Shown: positions 49,032 to 58,678 of the stretch, one piece after another
Layout of the letters: every line of letters begins with the position of its first letter
Position numbering within the stretch: position 1 is the stretch's first letter
Assembly: GCA_964533295.1 (NCBI GenBank)
Contig: CAZHLM010000003.1
Span: 34,281-95,368, forward strand
Length of the DNA: 61,088 nucleotides
Direction: 5' to 3'
DNA from: an uncultured Verrucomicrobiota bacterium
Lineage (GTDB): Bacteria > Verrucomicrobiota > Verrucomicrobiia > Palsa-1439
Position numbers and translations under genes: made by a program
Notes under the pieces: model-generated
What the model was told of the DNA's origin: nothing
Databases searched by the model: none
What the model saw: only the letters and a program-made list of their open reading frames with translations

Positions 49032-50894
49032 ATGTGCGGTTTTCTTCAGGTCATCGAACGGGGCCGACCGGTGGCGGAAACGCGGTTCACCCGCGCGTTC
49101 GACCTCATCCAACATCGCGGTCCCGATTACCGCGCCACGTGGTTTCGCACGCTGCCGTCGCGCGGCGCGCCGCTGACCGTCGCCGCCGGACATCACCGGC
49201 TGGCGATCCTCGATCTCGATGAGCGGTCGCACCAACCCTTCCATCGCGGCTCCCACACGCTGCTGTTCAACGGCGAGATTTACAATTTCGCCGACCTGAA
49301 ACATCACGCCGCGCTCCGCGACATCGCGTGGCAGACGACCGGCGACACCGAAGTGCTCTGTGAAGGGTTGCGCCGCATCGGACCGGAGTTCCTGCAACAC
49401 GCCAACGGCATGTGGGCGCTGACCCTGCTGGATGCCGGGGCGCTGACGTTGTTCGCCTCGTGTGACCGCTACGGGAAGAAACCGTTGTTCTGGTATCAGG
49501 ACGAGACGACGCTTTGTTTCGCCTCGACCAACGCTGCGATCTGTCACTACCTCGACTACCGGCCCGTCCTGCGCGAACAGCCGTTGCACGAGTACCTGCT
49601 CACCGGCAAAATGTTTCCGTCAGCCGATGACCGCACGCATCTGGAACGCATCCGGCGCGTCCCCGGTGGCCATCATCTGCACGTCAACCTCGCCACGTGG
49701 CAGACCCGACTCGAACCGTTTTTTCAACCCACCCGCGACCAGCTCCATCACGCCGCCGATCAAACGACCCTGGCTGAAATCGTGCGCGACGCGGCGCGAG
49801 TGCGGATGGTCTCCGACCGGCAAGTCGGCCTGCTGTTGTCCGGCGGCGTGGACAGCACGTTGGTGTTGGCGGCGCTCTACGCCAACCAACTGCACGACCG
49901 GGTGCATTGTTTCATCGGCGAGGCCGGGCGATCCGAGGACGCCGACTACGCGCGACGCTCGGCCGCCCAGCTCGGTATCACCGCCACCGAAATCACCCTG
50001 CGCTACGACGAGGGCGCGTTCGATCGTTTTCTGAGGATGTGCCAGCACCACGAGAAAGCCTTTCCCCTGCTCGGCAACTCGATGGCGATGGCGGAGATGT
50101 ACGAGGCCGTCGCGCAGCACAACATCCCGGTGGTCCTCGATGGGACAGGCGGCGACGAGTTGTTTGGAGGGTACTGGGGCCGGTGCTTCCCCGTCGCGGT
50201 CCGCGACACCGTCCGCCACCGCGACCGCGACTGGTGGCGCAGCACCGCGTGGCTGCCGGTTCATCGCGCGAAAACCTGGCGCGCGCTGCGAACCTGGCCG
50301 CTCCAAAACTCCCGCTGGAACCTCGATCTTCACCTCCTGCGAAAATGTCTCCATCCGCTCCCGCTCTGGCTTGGTGTCCACGCCCCCGTCTGGCGGCGGT
50401 CACCGGACCCCGCGGAAAACCCGCAACCGGATTTCACCGCCGCGCTCCTGTCCGAGGTCCAACCGGGCGGTCGCCTTGCCGAATGGATTTGGCATAATGA
50501 CCGCAACGCGATGATGTCCGGCATTGAAAATCGCAGTCCGTTGCTCGACTACCGGCTCGTTCCGTTTCTGGGCACCGGCTATCGCGAAAAACTCCACGGT
50601 CCCTACAACAAATACGAGTTGCGGCGCCTCTTCGATGCGTTCGCCAAACTGCCCACGCAATGGCGGACGGAAAAACAGGGCTTCCGCTGGCATCGCAAAC
50701 GGTTCCTGACCGACAACCGCGCCCGCATCCTCGACGTCATCGCCGCGTCGGAGTTCCTCCAGACGCGGTTTCGCATCCAACGCTTCGTGGATCTGGCGCA
50801 CCGTTCCGACCGGGTGTTTCACAGTTCGCTGACCGCCCGGCTGCTCTGCCTGGCCGGTGTGGACCGCGCCCTCCACCTGCGGCCCGCCTCATGA
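49032..50894 (+). CDS. asnB: Asparagine synthase-like glutamine amidotransferase (probable glycan amidation)
   Basis: N-terminal MCG, HRGPD, FNGEIYN, LSGGVDS, GTGGDELFGGY, ENRSPLLD. Confidence 0.88.
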   Translation: MCGFLQVIERGRPVAETRFTRAFDLIQHRGPDYRATWFRTLPSRGAPLTVAAGHHRLAILDLDERSHQPFHRGSHTLLFNGEIYNFADLKHHAALRDIAWQTTGDTEVLCEGLRRIGPEFLQHANGMWALTLLDAGALTLFASCDRYGKKPLFWYQDETTLCFASTNAAICHYLDYRPVLREQPLHEYLLTGKMFPSADDRTHLERIRRVPGGHHLHVNLATWQTRLEPFFQPTRDQLHHAADQTTLAEIVRDAARVRMVSDRQVGLLLSGGVDSTLVLAALYANQLHDRVHCFIGEAGRSEDADYARRSAAQLGITATEITLRYDEGAFDRFLRMCQHHEKAFPLLGNSMAMAEMYEAVAQHNIPVVLDGTGGDELFGGYWGRCFPVAVRDTVRHRDRDWWRSTAWLPVHRAKTWRALRTWPLQNSRWNLDLHLLRKCLHPLPLWLGVHAPVWRRSPDPAENPQPDFTAALLSEVQPGGRLAEWIWHNDRNAMMSGIENRSPLLDYRLVPFLGTGYREKLHGPYNKYELRRLFDAFAKLPTQWRTEKQGFRWHRKRFLTDNRARILDVIAASEFLQTRFRIQRFVDLAHRSDRVFHSSLTARLLCLAGVDRALHLRPAS

Positions 50895-51916
50895 ATACCC
50901 TCCGCCTCCTCGTCCTCAGCGACGGCCGACCGGGTCACTTCAATCTTTCCAAAGGCCTGATCCGCGCCCTTCAATATTATTACTCGGTCGAAATGACATG
51001 GCTCGACATTCGCCTGCGCGCGGGGCTGGGTCGCGCGGTGATGCAACGTCTGCTCAACCGTCCCCGCGCCCGTCTCACCACCGACCGGCTCCGTTGGTTC
51101 TACGAGTTCGCGACCGACCCGCTACCGGCCTGCGACCTCATCGTCTCCGCCGGTGGCAACACGCTGCACGCCAACGCCTGGCTCGCCCGCAGCCTTGACT
51201 GCCGCAACCTGTTCATCGGCAAAATCCGCGCCCTCGCGCCCCACTGTTTCTGGCGCATCCTCACCGTCTTGCCCGCCGAACCGCAACCGCCGTTCCTGTA
51301 CTGGCCCATCGCGCCGGTGCCGGTCGTGCCCGAGGAACTCACCGCCCGCCGCGACGCCTTCGTGACCCGCGCCGACCTGACCGGCGCGCGGCTCTGGACC
51401 ATGCTCGTCGGCGGCGATGGCGCGGGATACACGTACACGGCTGCCGATTGGGAGGACCTGGGCGCCTTGCTGACCCGGCTGACCCACGATCACGCTTGCC
51501 GCTGGCTGGTCATTACCGGCCGCCGCACCGGCCCGGTCGGCGAACAACAACTTCGCAGTCTGCCGCCCGCCGTTGTGGCGCGCCTGTCGTTGTTCACCGC
51601 GGATCAAGGCCGACACTACCCCGACTTTCTCGCGGCGGGCGAACGCATCTTCGTCACCGAGGACAGCGGCACGATGATCACGGAAGCCATCTACACCCAG
51701 CGCCCGGTTGTCGCGCTGCGCCCGCGCCACGCTCAACCGCACGCCATCAACAAATTGTTCCTCGAACAGTTTGCCGACCGGCGCCTCATCCACCGCGCCG
51801 CGATGGCCGAATTCGGCTTGCCGGGCCATCCCCTGCCGGACGCGACGGCCGTCACCCCGCCGCCAACGCTCCGGGAACTCGGCGCGGCGCTGCAACGGGA
51901 GTGGTGCGCCGCATGA
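50891..51916 (+). CDS. ELM1 family protein, copy 2
   Basis: LSDGRPGHFNLSKGL, LVGGDG, TGRRT, VTEDSGTMITEA; start ATG 50891. Confidence 0.85.
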   Translation: MNTLRLLVLSDGRPGHFNLSKGLIRALQYYYSVEMTWLDIRLRAGLGRAVMQRLLNRPRARLTTDRLRWFYEFATDPLPACDLIVSAGGNTLHANAWLARSLDCRNLFIGKIRALAPHCFWRILTVLPAEPQPPFLYWPIAPVPVVPEELTARRDAFVTRADLTGARLWTMLVGGDGAGYTYTAADWEDLGALLTRLTHDHACRWLVITGRRTGPVGEQQLRSLPPAVVARLSLFTADQGRHYPDFLAAGERIFVTEDSGTMITEAIYTQRPVVALRPRHAQPHAINKLFLEQFADRRLIHRAAMAEFGLPGHPLPDATAVTPPPTLRELGAALQREWCAA

Positions 51917-52935
51917 GTGCCGCTCGCATCCCGGTGGTGGTGCTGGGCGACACCGCGCGCGCCATCCATCACGGTTGCCGGCAGGTGATGGAAAATCTTG
52001 CGCGCGGTTTGACGGCCATCGGCTGCGACATCACCGCCCGCCATCCCGGTCCCGGCTGGCGGAACGACCCCACTCTCGTCGCGGCCATGAAACAGGCCCG
52101 GGCCATCATCATCAACGGCGAGGGCACCATCCATCATGACCGGCCCGGTGGTGCGGAATACATGGCCGCCGCCGAGTTCGCGCGCGACCACGGCGTACCG
52201 GTGTTCCTGATCAATTGCACATGGGCGGCGAACTCACCGGAGTTGAGCCGCCGCGCCGCCGTGTTCCGCCGGATTTACGTCCGCGAATCGTTCAGCCAAC
52301 AGGAACTGGCCGCGGCCGGTATTGTCAGCACCGTTGTCCCCGACCTGACGCTCGCCACACCGGCCCCGCCGCCGGCAACCACACGCCGCGGCTGGTGGAT
52401 CACCGATTCCGCTCAAACCGCCACCACCGAACGCCTGTACCGGCTGACCCGGCAAATTCCGAACGCCGCCTTTGCGCCGATTCTCGCCAGCGACTGGCAC
52501 GCAACCTCACCGGGGCGACGCGCCAAACGCCACTTCCAACGCTGGCTCGGCCGTCACTTCAGTCCGTTGGCTCCCGCCCGGTATGTCGCGCTCGCCCACG
52601 CCCTGCCCGACGCCGCCACCTACCTGCGCGCGATGACCGGCGTGCGCGCCGTGTTGACCGGCCGATTTCACGCCGCGTGTTTTGCGCTGGTCACCGGCAC
52701 GCCGTTTCTCGCCGTCCGCGCCAACACAACCAAACTGGAAGCGTTGCTGCAGGATGCCGGGCTGCGGAGCGACCGGCTGTTGGCGGAGTCGGAGCTGACG
52801 CCGTCCACAGTCGGCGCACGGTTGGATACCGTCGCGTGGGACACCGCCGAAGCCGCTCACCTCGCCGCGTATGTGGCGCGAGCGCAAACGGCCATTGCCG
52901 CGATGTTCGCCCACATCGCGCAGGAGGCGCGGTGA
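51913..52935 (+). CDS. Polysaccharide pyruvyl transferase family protein
   Basis: HHGC, IINGEGTIHH, VRESFS, VPDLT, TGRFHA...GTPF; start ATG 51913. Confidence 0.8.
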   Translation: MSAARIPVVVLGDTARAIHHGCRQVMENLARGLTAIGCDITARHPGPGWRNDPTLVAAMKQARAIIINGEGTIHHDRPGGAEYMAAAEFARDHGVPVFLINCTWAANSPELSRRAAVFRRIYVRESFSQQELAAAGIVSTVVPDLTLATPAPPPATTRRGWWITDSAQTATTERLYRLTRQIPNAAFAPILASDWHATSPGRRAKRHFQRWLGRHFSPLAPARYVALAHALPDAATYLRAMTGVRAVLTGRFHAACFALVTGTPFLAVRANTTKLEALLQDAGLRSDRLLAESELTPSTVGARLDTVAWDTAEAAHLAAYVARAQTAIAAMFAHIAQEAR

Positions 52936-53900
52936 CAATTGCACTGGTCGTCGCGGGACGAGGCGACGGCGGATTGGAACGCCATGTCATCTCGCTGGCC
53001 AACGCACTGGCCGCGCGCCATGACGTGACGCTCGTCGGCCATCCGAGCTTTACCGGCCCGCGCGCCGCGCCGCTGGATCTGACGCGCAGCCGGTTCGACC
53101 CGGTCATTCTCTGGCAACTGGCGCGGACGCTGCGCGCGTTGCGGCCGGACATCATCCACGCCCACGCCAACAAGGCGGCCGCAATGATCAGCGCCATCCG
53201 CTCGTTCCTGCCGGGGCGGCGCGTGGCGACCATTCACGGGTTGAAACGCGATACGCGGATGTACCGCAGCTTCGACGCGGTGATCGCGGTGAGTCAGGGA
53301 ATCGCGGAACGGGTCGTCCATCCCAACCTGCACGTCATCTACAACGGCATCGCCCCGCTGCCGCCAGGACCGCCGCTCGACCTGGACGCACCGGGGCCGG
53401 TCACGGTTGCCGTGGGCCGGTTGGCGCCGGTCAAAGGCTTCGATGTGTTGCTGCGCGCGTGGAGCGGGCTGCCGGGCACGTTGCTGATTGTCGGTGACGG
53501 ACCCGAGCGACGCACGCTGGAGGCGCTGGCGCCCCCGAATGTCCGGCTCCTCGGCCAGCGCGATGACGTGGCGGCCATCTTGCGCCGCGCCGATGTCGTC
53601 GTGATCCCCTCACGGCGGGAGGGCTTCCCGCTGATTCTGGCCGAAGCGCTCCATTGCCGGCGCGTGGTGGTGGCGACCGAGGTGCCGGGCGTCCGCGAAA
53701 TCCTGCCGGCCTCGCGCCTCGTGCCGGTGGAGAACCCGTTGGCGCTGCGCGCGAAGTTGCGTGCCACCATCGAAAACCTGCCGGCCGCGGCGGCGGAGTG
53801 CGCGGCGGCGTGGGAGTTTGCCGCCGCCGAGTTGACGCTCGCGCAGATGGTGGCGAAAACCGAGGCGGTTTACCGGCGCGTGAACACAAACCAGTCGTGA
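52932..53900 (+). CDS. GT4 family glycosyltransferase
   Basis: GGLERHV, GRLAPVKGFD, PSRREGFPLILAEA; GTG start overlapping previous stop. Confidence 0.9.
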   Translation: MTIALVVAGRGDGGLERHVISLANALAARHDVTLVGHPSFTGPRAAPLDLTRSRFDPVILWQLARTLRALRPDIIHAHANKAAAMISAIRSFLPGRRVATIHGLKRDTRMYRSFDAVIAVSQGIAERVVHPNLHVIYNGIAPLPPGPPLDLDAPGPVTVAVGRLAPVKGFDVLLRAWSGLPGTLLIVGDGPERRTLEALAPPNVRLLGQRDDVAAILRRADVVVIPSRREGFPLILAEALHCRRVVVATEVPGVREILPASRLVPVENPLALRAKLRATIENLPAAAAECAAAWEFAAAELTLAQMVAKTEAVYRRVNTNQS

Positions 53901-54553
53901 ATCTCTTTTGGCCGGGTGCGGGTGTAGAACTCCGTGTAATCGGGCCGGTAGGTGGCGCGCAGGCCCACACGGTCGGCGGTGGATTCGACGGTGGTCTTGG
54001 TGAACCACGAGATGCCGGGATAGACCCATTCCTTGTCGAGCGAGTCTTTTTTGTCGGCGCTGCCGGTGCTGCCGAAGGCGTTGCCCTCCGCCAGGCGCAG
54101 CGAAGCGCAGATTTTGCCAGTCGGCGCGAGGACTTTGGCGGTGTTGGCGAGGAACTGTTCGAGTTGATGATGGGCGGCGTGCGACAGCACGGAATGGGAC
54201 AGCACGTAATCAAACGTCACGCCCAACGAACTGGCGTCGAAGTCGAAGCGGTGGAGGAACCGCGGCCGTTTCTCGGCGACCAATCGCGCCACCGGCGGGG
54301 CGCGCATCGCTTTGTCCAGCAGCCAGCGGTTCGGTTCGATCCCCACGAAGTGACCGGGCTCGAGGTATTGCATCAGCGGCACACCGGCATGGAGACAGCC
54401 GCAGCCGACTTCGAGCACGCGCGACGCGGGCAGGCATCCTTCCTGTTTGAGGATCTCGAACTGGAGCTGGCCGCTGACCTCGTCGGTCTTGACGTATTTT
54501 TTCGGGTCGCCCAGTCGGCGGCGGATTTCCCGAAACCAATGTTTCCATTTCAT
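53870..54553 (-). CDS. Class I SAM-dependent methyltransferase
   Basis: VLEVGCGCL, FDYVLSHSVLSH; start ATG 54553. Confidence 0.85.
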   Translation of the reverse strand: MKWKHWFREIRRRLGDPKKYVKTDEVSGQLQFEILKQEGCLPASRVLEVGCGCLHAGVPLMQYLEPGHFVGIEPNRWLLDKAMRAPPVARLVAEKRPRFLHRFDFDASSLGVTFDYVLSHSVLSHAAHHQLEQFLANTAKVLAPTGKICASLRLAEGNAFGSTGSADKKDSLDKEWVYPGISWFTKTTVESTADRVGLRATYRPDYTEFYTRTRPKEIHDWFVFTRR

Positions 54554-55311
54554 GAGCCGATTCCTCGGGGGAAAAAAATGAAATTCAGAATGCGGTCGCC
54601 CGGCGGCGGCTGGGTCGGCCGGGCGCGGAACCAATCCAGATTGAGCGTCCGCCAGTAGCAGATTTGTTCGCCCTTGAGCGCGAATGCGAGGTAGCCGTAG
54701 CCCTCGATTCGCGCCAGCGCCTCTTCGATTGGCGTGCCGTTCAACTCCTCGCGCACCTCGATCAACAGGACCGGTCGGTCCCGTTCCAACACCCGCCGCG
54801 CGCCGGCCAGCGCGGCCAGTTCGTGGCCTTCGATGTCCATCTTGATGAAGCCGACGTTCTCGACCGGCTCGTCGTCGAGCCGAACGGATTTGACGGTGAA
54901 GCGGACCGCATCGTGATCGTAGAGTTTGGTTTCGAGCGTACCGGCCGTGTGCCGGTAGCCGCGGGGAGAATTCGGAATGGTGAACTGCGCTTCCCCGGGT
55001 TTGTCGGACAATCCGCACTCGGAGATGACGACGTTGCGGCGCACGACGCGGCGGAGATAATCGCGCATCACGGGGTTCGGTTCGTAGGCGTACACGTTGG
55101 GGCAGAGCCGGGCGAGGAAGTAACAGTAGCTGCCGCGATGCGCACCGGCATCCACGGCGTTACGGGCGGGGTCCACGAGAAACGGCAGCAGATGCAGCTC
55201 CGCCTCGTAGCGGCGCAGGTCGCGATGCGCCCGGTAATGCGCGTAGAGCCGTTTCGGCGTCAGCGCATACCGCAGTCGCCGCCACGGTGAAATGAGTCGC
55301 GCCCCCTCCAT
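54550..55311 (-). CDS. FkbM family methyltransferase
   Basis: VDAGAHRG, YAYEPNP, FIKMDIEGHE, LLIEV; start ATG 55311. Confidence 0.9.
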   Translation of the reverse strand: MEGARLISPWRRLRYALTPKRLYAHYRAHRDLRRYEAELHLLPFLVDPARNAVDAGAHRGSYCYFLARLCPNVYAYEPNPVMRDYLRRVVRRNVVISECGLSDKPGEAQFTIPNSPRGYRHTAGTLETKLYDHDAVRFTVKSVRLDDEPVENVGFIKMDIEGHELAALAGARRVLERDRPVLLIEVREELNGTPIEEALARIEGYGYLAFALKGEQICYWRTLNLDWFRARPTQPPPGDRILNFIFFPRGIGS

Positions 55312-55319
55312 GGCCGCCA

Positions 55320-55348
55320 ATTCTAGAGACGCCCCGCCGGCAACGCAA
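55320..55348 (-). promoter_or_regulatory. Putative sigma70 promoter for the FkbM gene
   Basis: Minus strand TTGCGT, 17 nt spacer, TAGAAT, then 8 nt to ATG. Confidence 0.6.
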
Positions 55349-55398
55349 CCACCCTTTCGCCTTGCCGCCGCGCCCGGCATCCGGTAAACAAGCCGCGC

Positions 55399-56181
55399 AT
55401 GGGCGATCGGCTGAAAACCGAGTTGGCGGCGTTCCAGCCCATCTGGAAGGGCGGTTATTACGAGGGCGACCCGTTGCAGCCGGTCAAGATGTCGAAGTAC
55501 GGCGTCGTCAATTACGTCAGCACGCTGCACGCGACCTATCTGCGGTGCATCAAACCGTACGTGCGCGCGCAAACTGTGGCGCTGGAAATCGGTCCCGGCC
55601 GCGGCGCGTGGACCCGCACCCTGCTGGCGGCGCGGGAGGTGTGGGTGCTGGACGCGCTCTCGGCCGAACACAATCAAACGTTTGAGTTTCTCGGTCATCC
55701 GCAGAATCTGCGCTATTTCCAAGTCACCGATTTCGAATGCGCGATGCTGCCGGAGAATCATTTCGACTATCTCTTCAGCTACGGCTGCCTCTGTCACGTC
55801 TCGTTCCACGGCATCACGGAGTACGCCCGGCATCTCTTTCCGAAACTGAAATCCGGCGCGAATGGTTTCTGGCTCGTCGCGGATTACGACAAGTACAACC
55901 ATTGCGCTGCGCACCTGGACGACTACAGCGTCTGGCGCAATCTCACGCCGCCCAAACCAAAGTACCAGCCACTCTGGTGGTTCTTGCGCGGGTGCGAACG
56001 GTTCATGAACCGCCCCAAACTCAAAGCGCCCGATGTGGACGACACCCCCGCCCCCGCGCGGTGGTACCACGCCGGCACGCAACGCACCTGTCAGATGCTG
56101 CGCGAGACGGGCTTTCAGATCGTGGACGAAGACGTCGGCACCTGCCATCGCGACCCGATCATTCACTTCGTCAAACCGTGA
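55399..56181 (+). CDS. Class I SAM-dependent methyltransferase
   Basis: LEIGPGRGAWT, FDYLFSYGCLCH. Confidence 0.85.
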   Translation: MGDRLKTELAAFQPIWKGGYYEGDPLQPVKMSKYGVVNYVSTLHATYLRCIKPYVRAQTVALEIGPGRGAWTRTLLAAREVWVLDALSAEHNQTFEFLGHPQNLRYFQVTDFECAMLPENHFDYLFSYGCLCHVSFHGITEYARHLFPKLKSGANGFWLVADYDKYNHCAAHLDDYSVWRNLTPPKPKYQPLWWFLRGCERFMNRPKLKAPDVDDTPAPARWYHAGTQRTCQMLRETGFQIVDEDVGTCHRDPIIHFVKP

Positions 56182-56188
56182 CGCGGCG

Positions 56189-56989
56189 TCAGCCCCCGGC
56201 GACGGCCCACATGTTGTCGCTGGTCGGCGACCGGCGCCACCAGGGAAACCGCACCGTGGTGAAGCCCGCCGTCTGTAACGCTCGCCGCAAATCACCGGGG
56301 CGAAAATAGTTCACATGGTCCGGCAACCGCACTCCCGGCCAGCCCGCGCCACGCAGCCGGGAATTCCAGCAGGCGAAGTTGGGCACCTTGATGATGACCA
56401 CTCCGCCCGGCGCGAGGGCCTGCCGGGCCAATCGCAGGACATCGGCCACATGAACTTCGTGTTCGAGAAACGACCGCATCATCACGCATTGAAACTGTCC
56501 GGCCGGCCAGGCCGCCAATCCGTCCACCGCGACCGCCTGGCGGACGGCGCCGCCATGGGGCCGGCAGTAGGCATCGGCGCGTTGCGCAAGCGACGGAGAC
56601 GGCTCGATACCAAAGGGTCGCCAGCGCGACACGTCCAGTTGCCGCAACGTCCCGCCGTCGGCACAGCCGACATCGAGGAGGTTTCCGCCCGGCGGAGCGC
56701 AGCGGTCAATGATCCGAATTTCCTTGCGCGTCCGTCCGCGGACCCACCCTTTGAGATATTTCAGACCATCGCTGATCCAGTAATAGGCGCGGCGTTGCTG
56801 CCGGCGTTTGCCCCGTTCCGACTGCCGGGTCCTGGCCCAGTCAAACTCGTCCATCAAGTCCTGCTGGGCCGGTGGATTTTGCAGGTAGGTCATTCCGCAA
56901 TCCGCGCAGCGCACCACCCGCCACGGCGGCGAGGCGAGAGGGGATGCCGTGGTTCGGGAGTCGCCACAGATGGGGCAGCTACGTTCCAT
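56189..56989 (-). CDS. Class I SAM-dependent methyltransferase with N-terminal CxxC...CxxC
   Basis: CPICG...CADCG, LLDVGCADG, GIEPS, FLEH, PDHVNYF; start ATG 56989. Confidence 0.85.
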   Translation of the reverse strand: MERSCPICGDSRTTASPLASPPWRVVRCADCGMTYLQNPPAQQDLMDEFDWARTRQSERGKRRQQRRAYYWISDGLKYLKGWVRGRTRKEIRIIDRCAPPGGNLLDVGCADGGTLRQLDVSRWRPFGIEPSPSLAQRADAYCRPHGGAVRQAVAVDGLAAWPAGQFQCVMMRSFLEHEVHVADVLRLARQALAPGGVVIIKVPNFACWNSRLRGAGWPGVRLPDHVNYFRPGDLRRALQTAGFTTVRFPWWRRSPTSDNMWAVAGG

Positions 56990-57023
56990 GCGCGAGGTGT
57001 ATAACGCGTCGCGACGAACCGGG

Positions 57024-58019
57024 TCAAACGGCTTTCCCGGTCTTGGGCGGCATCGCGCCGACGAAGGGCCGCGTGTAGAACGGATAGCCCGCCGGCTGGC
57101 CGGGCGGGTGGTACTTCCATCGTTTGTACGTCCACATCCACATCCCCGGTGCTTCGCGAATGACCTCCTCGCAGCGCCGCAAGCAGAACTGGCTGAGCGC
57201 CTGCACATCGGCCGCATCGTTACCGGTTCGTGGAACGTCCGGCAACGGGGTGAAGGTCGCCCGCAATTTCCCGGTGTCCCGGGCGGGTCGGCCGGTCGCC
57301 AACACCAACGTCGCCCCGCTGCGCAACGCGAGCCACGCCGCCGCGGCATTGTTGTACACGGGCTTGCCGAAGAATTCGACCCAGACCCCGCCGGTTCGCG
57401 GGTCGGCATTCAGGTCAATCAGCAGCGCAATCGCCCCGCCGCGGCGCAAGGCGCGCAACAGTTTCGGCGCCGCGCCTCGTTGCGGGATGACGGTGTTGCC
57501 GGTGCTGGCCCGCAACTGCCGAATCCGTTCCCCCACTGCTGGGTTGGCCGGCATTTCCATCACGACCGTTGTCGGAAGTCCCGCGCGACCGGTCAGCAGT
57601 CCGAGCGCCTCCCAATCACCGAGATGAGGAATGACAAAAATGATGCCCTGCCCCCGCGCCCGAAGCTCCCGGAGGCGTGCCCATTCCGCCGCATCCACTT
57701 CCCACAGTTCATCGAACCGTTGGTGGTTGCGGGCGGGCAGCCACAACAAACTGAGCATCGTCGCGCAGAATTGCCGGCAGGAGTCGCGACCGATGCGATT
57801 CTGGTCCGCGGCCGTGAACGCGTCGCCGAACGCCAGCGCCAGGTTGGCGCGCGCGATCTGCCGACTGCGGGCGGAGACGGCCCAGAAGCCGGTACCGAGT
57901 GCGCGCGCGAGCCACCGGACGCCGCGCCGCGACAATCGCGGCACGACCGCCGCCACGCCGGCAAAAACGATCCGCTCCACGACGAACCGAAGCCGTTTGC
58001 CTGCCGAAATCCGACTCAT
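57024..58019 (-). CDS. Lipid A late acyltransferase (LpxL/HtrB-like) family protein
   Basis: IARANLALAF, PHLGDWE, LLIDLN, VEFFG, WMWTYKRWK; start ATG 58019. Confidence 0.85.
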   Translation of the reverse strand: MSRISAGKRLRFVVERIVFAGVAAVVPRLSRRGVRWLARALGTGFWAVSARSRQIARANLALAFGDAFTAADQNRIGRDSCRQFCATMLSLLWLPARNHQRFDELWEVDAAEWARLRELRARGQGIIFVIPHLGDWEALGLLTGRAGLPTTVVMEMPANPAVGERIRQLRASTGNTVIPQRGAAPKLLRALRRGGAIALLIDLNADPRTGGVWVEFFGKPVYNNAAAAWLALRSGATLVLATGRPARDTGKLRATFTPLPDVPRTGNDAADVQALSQFCLRRCEEVIREAPGMWMWTYKRWKYHPPGQPAGYPFYTRPFVGAMPPKTGKAV

Positions 58020-58669
58020 GGCACATCGGCGGCGGCCAGCAGCCGTCCGGCGATCAGATCGTGGGCGGCCTCGTTCAAGTGCGTCGCATCGAATGAGTAG
58101 TCGGCCAGCCGCCCGGCGAGCGCAGCGTAAATCTCCACGCACCGAACCCGCGGATGGCGGCGGGCCAAATCGTGGAGCAGGGCATTGTACTGTTCGATGG
58201 CGGGGTTACGCTCGGCGTGGGTGTGCGGGGCGGTTTCGATGAGGAACACGGGGATGGGCGCGGCGGCGGTGATGATGTGTTCGAGGTTGGCCCGGTATTC
58301 GTCGGGCGGCACGACATGGGTTTCGCCGAGGCGCGCGTTCCAGCCCCACTGGCGCGCGAGCGCCTTGTACTTTTTAACCAGTTTGCGGGCGGCTTTGCGC
58401 AGGGAATTGTCGGGGTAATACAACACGTACGGGGCGTACCGGAACGTGCGCCACGAGTCGACCAGGCCGTATTGAATCGTGACGCAGGCCGTGTCGGCGT
58501 CGAAGCAATCGGCGAAGAATCGGCGCGCCTCGCGGGTGGTGGCCATCGCGCAGCCGCAGTTGACCGGCGTCAGACCCCGCGCGGCGGCGAACCGTTCGAC
58601 GTAGGTGCGGTAAACGAAATGGGCCACGCCCAGCGTATTGCAGTCGCCGAGCGCCAGAAGCTTGGCCAT
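58016..58669 (-). CDS. SGNH/GDSL-fold protein with non-canonical active site
   Basis: LGDCNT (block I), GLVD (block III), DATH (block V); overlaps the acyltransferase start by 4 nt. Confidence 0.75.
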   Translation of the reverse strand: MAKLLALGDCNTLGVAHFVYRTYVERFAAARGLTPVNCGCAMATTREARRFFADCFDADTACVTIQYGLVDSWRTFRYAPYVLYYPDNSLRKAARKLVKKYKALARQWGWNARLGETHVVPPDEYRANLEHIITAAAPIPVFLIETAPHTHAERNPAIEQYNALLHDLARRHPRVRCVEIYAALAGRLADYSFDATHLNEAAHDLIAGRLLAAADVP

Positions 58670-58678
58670 GGCGCGGCG

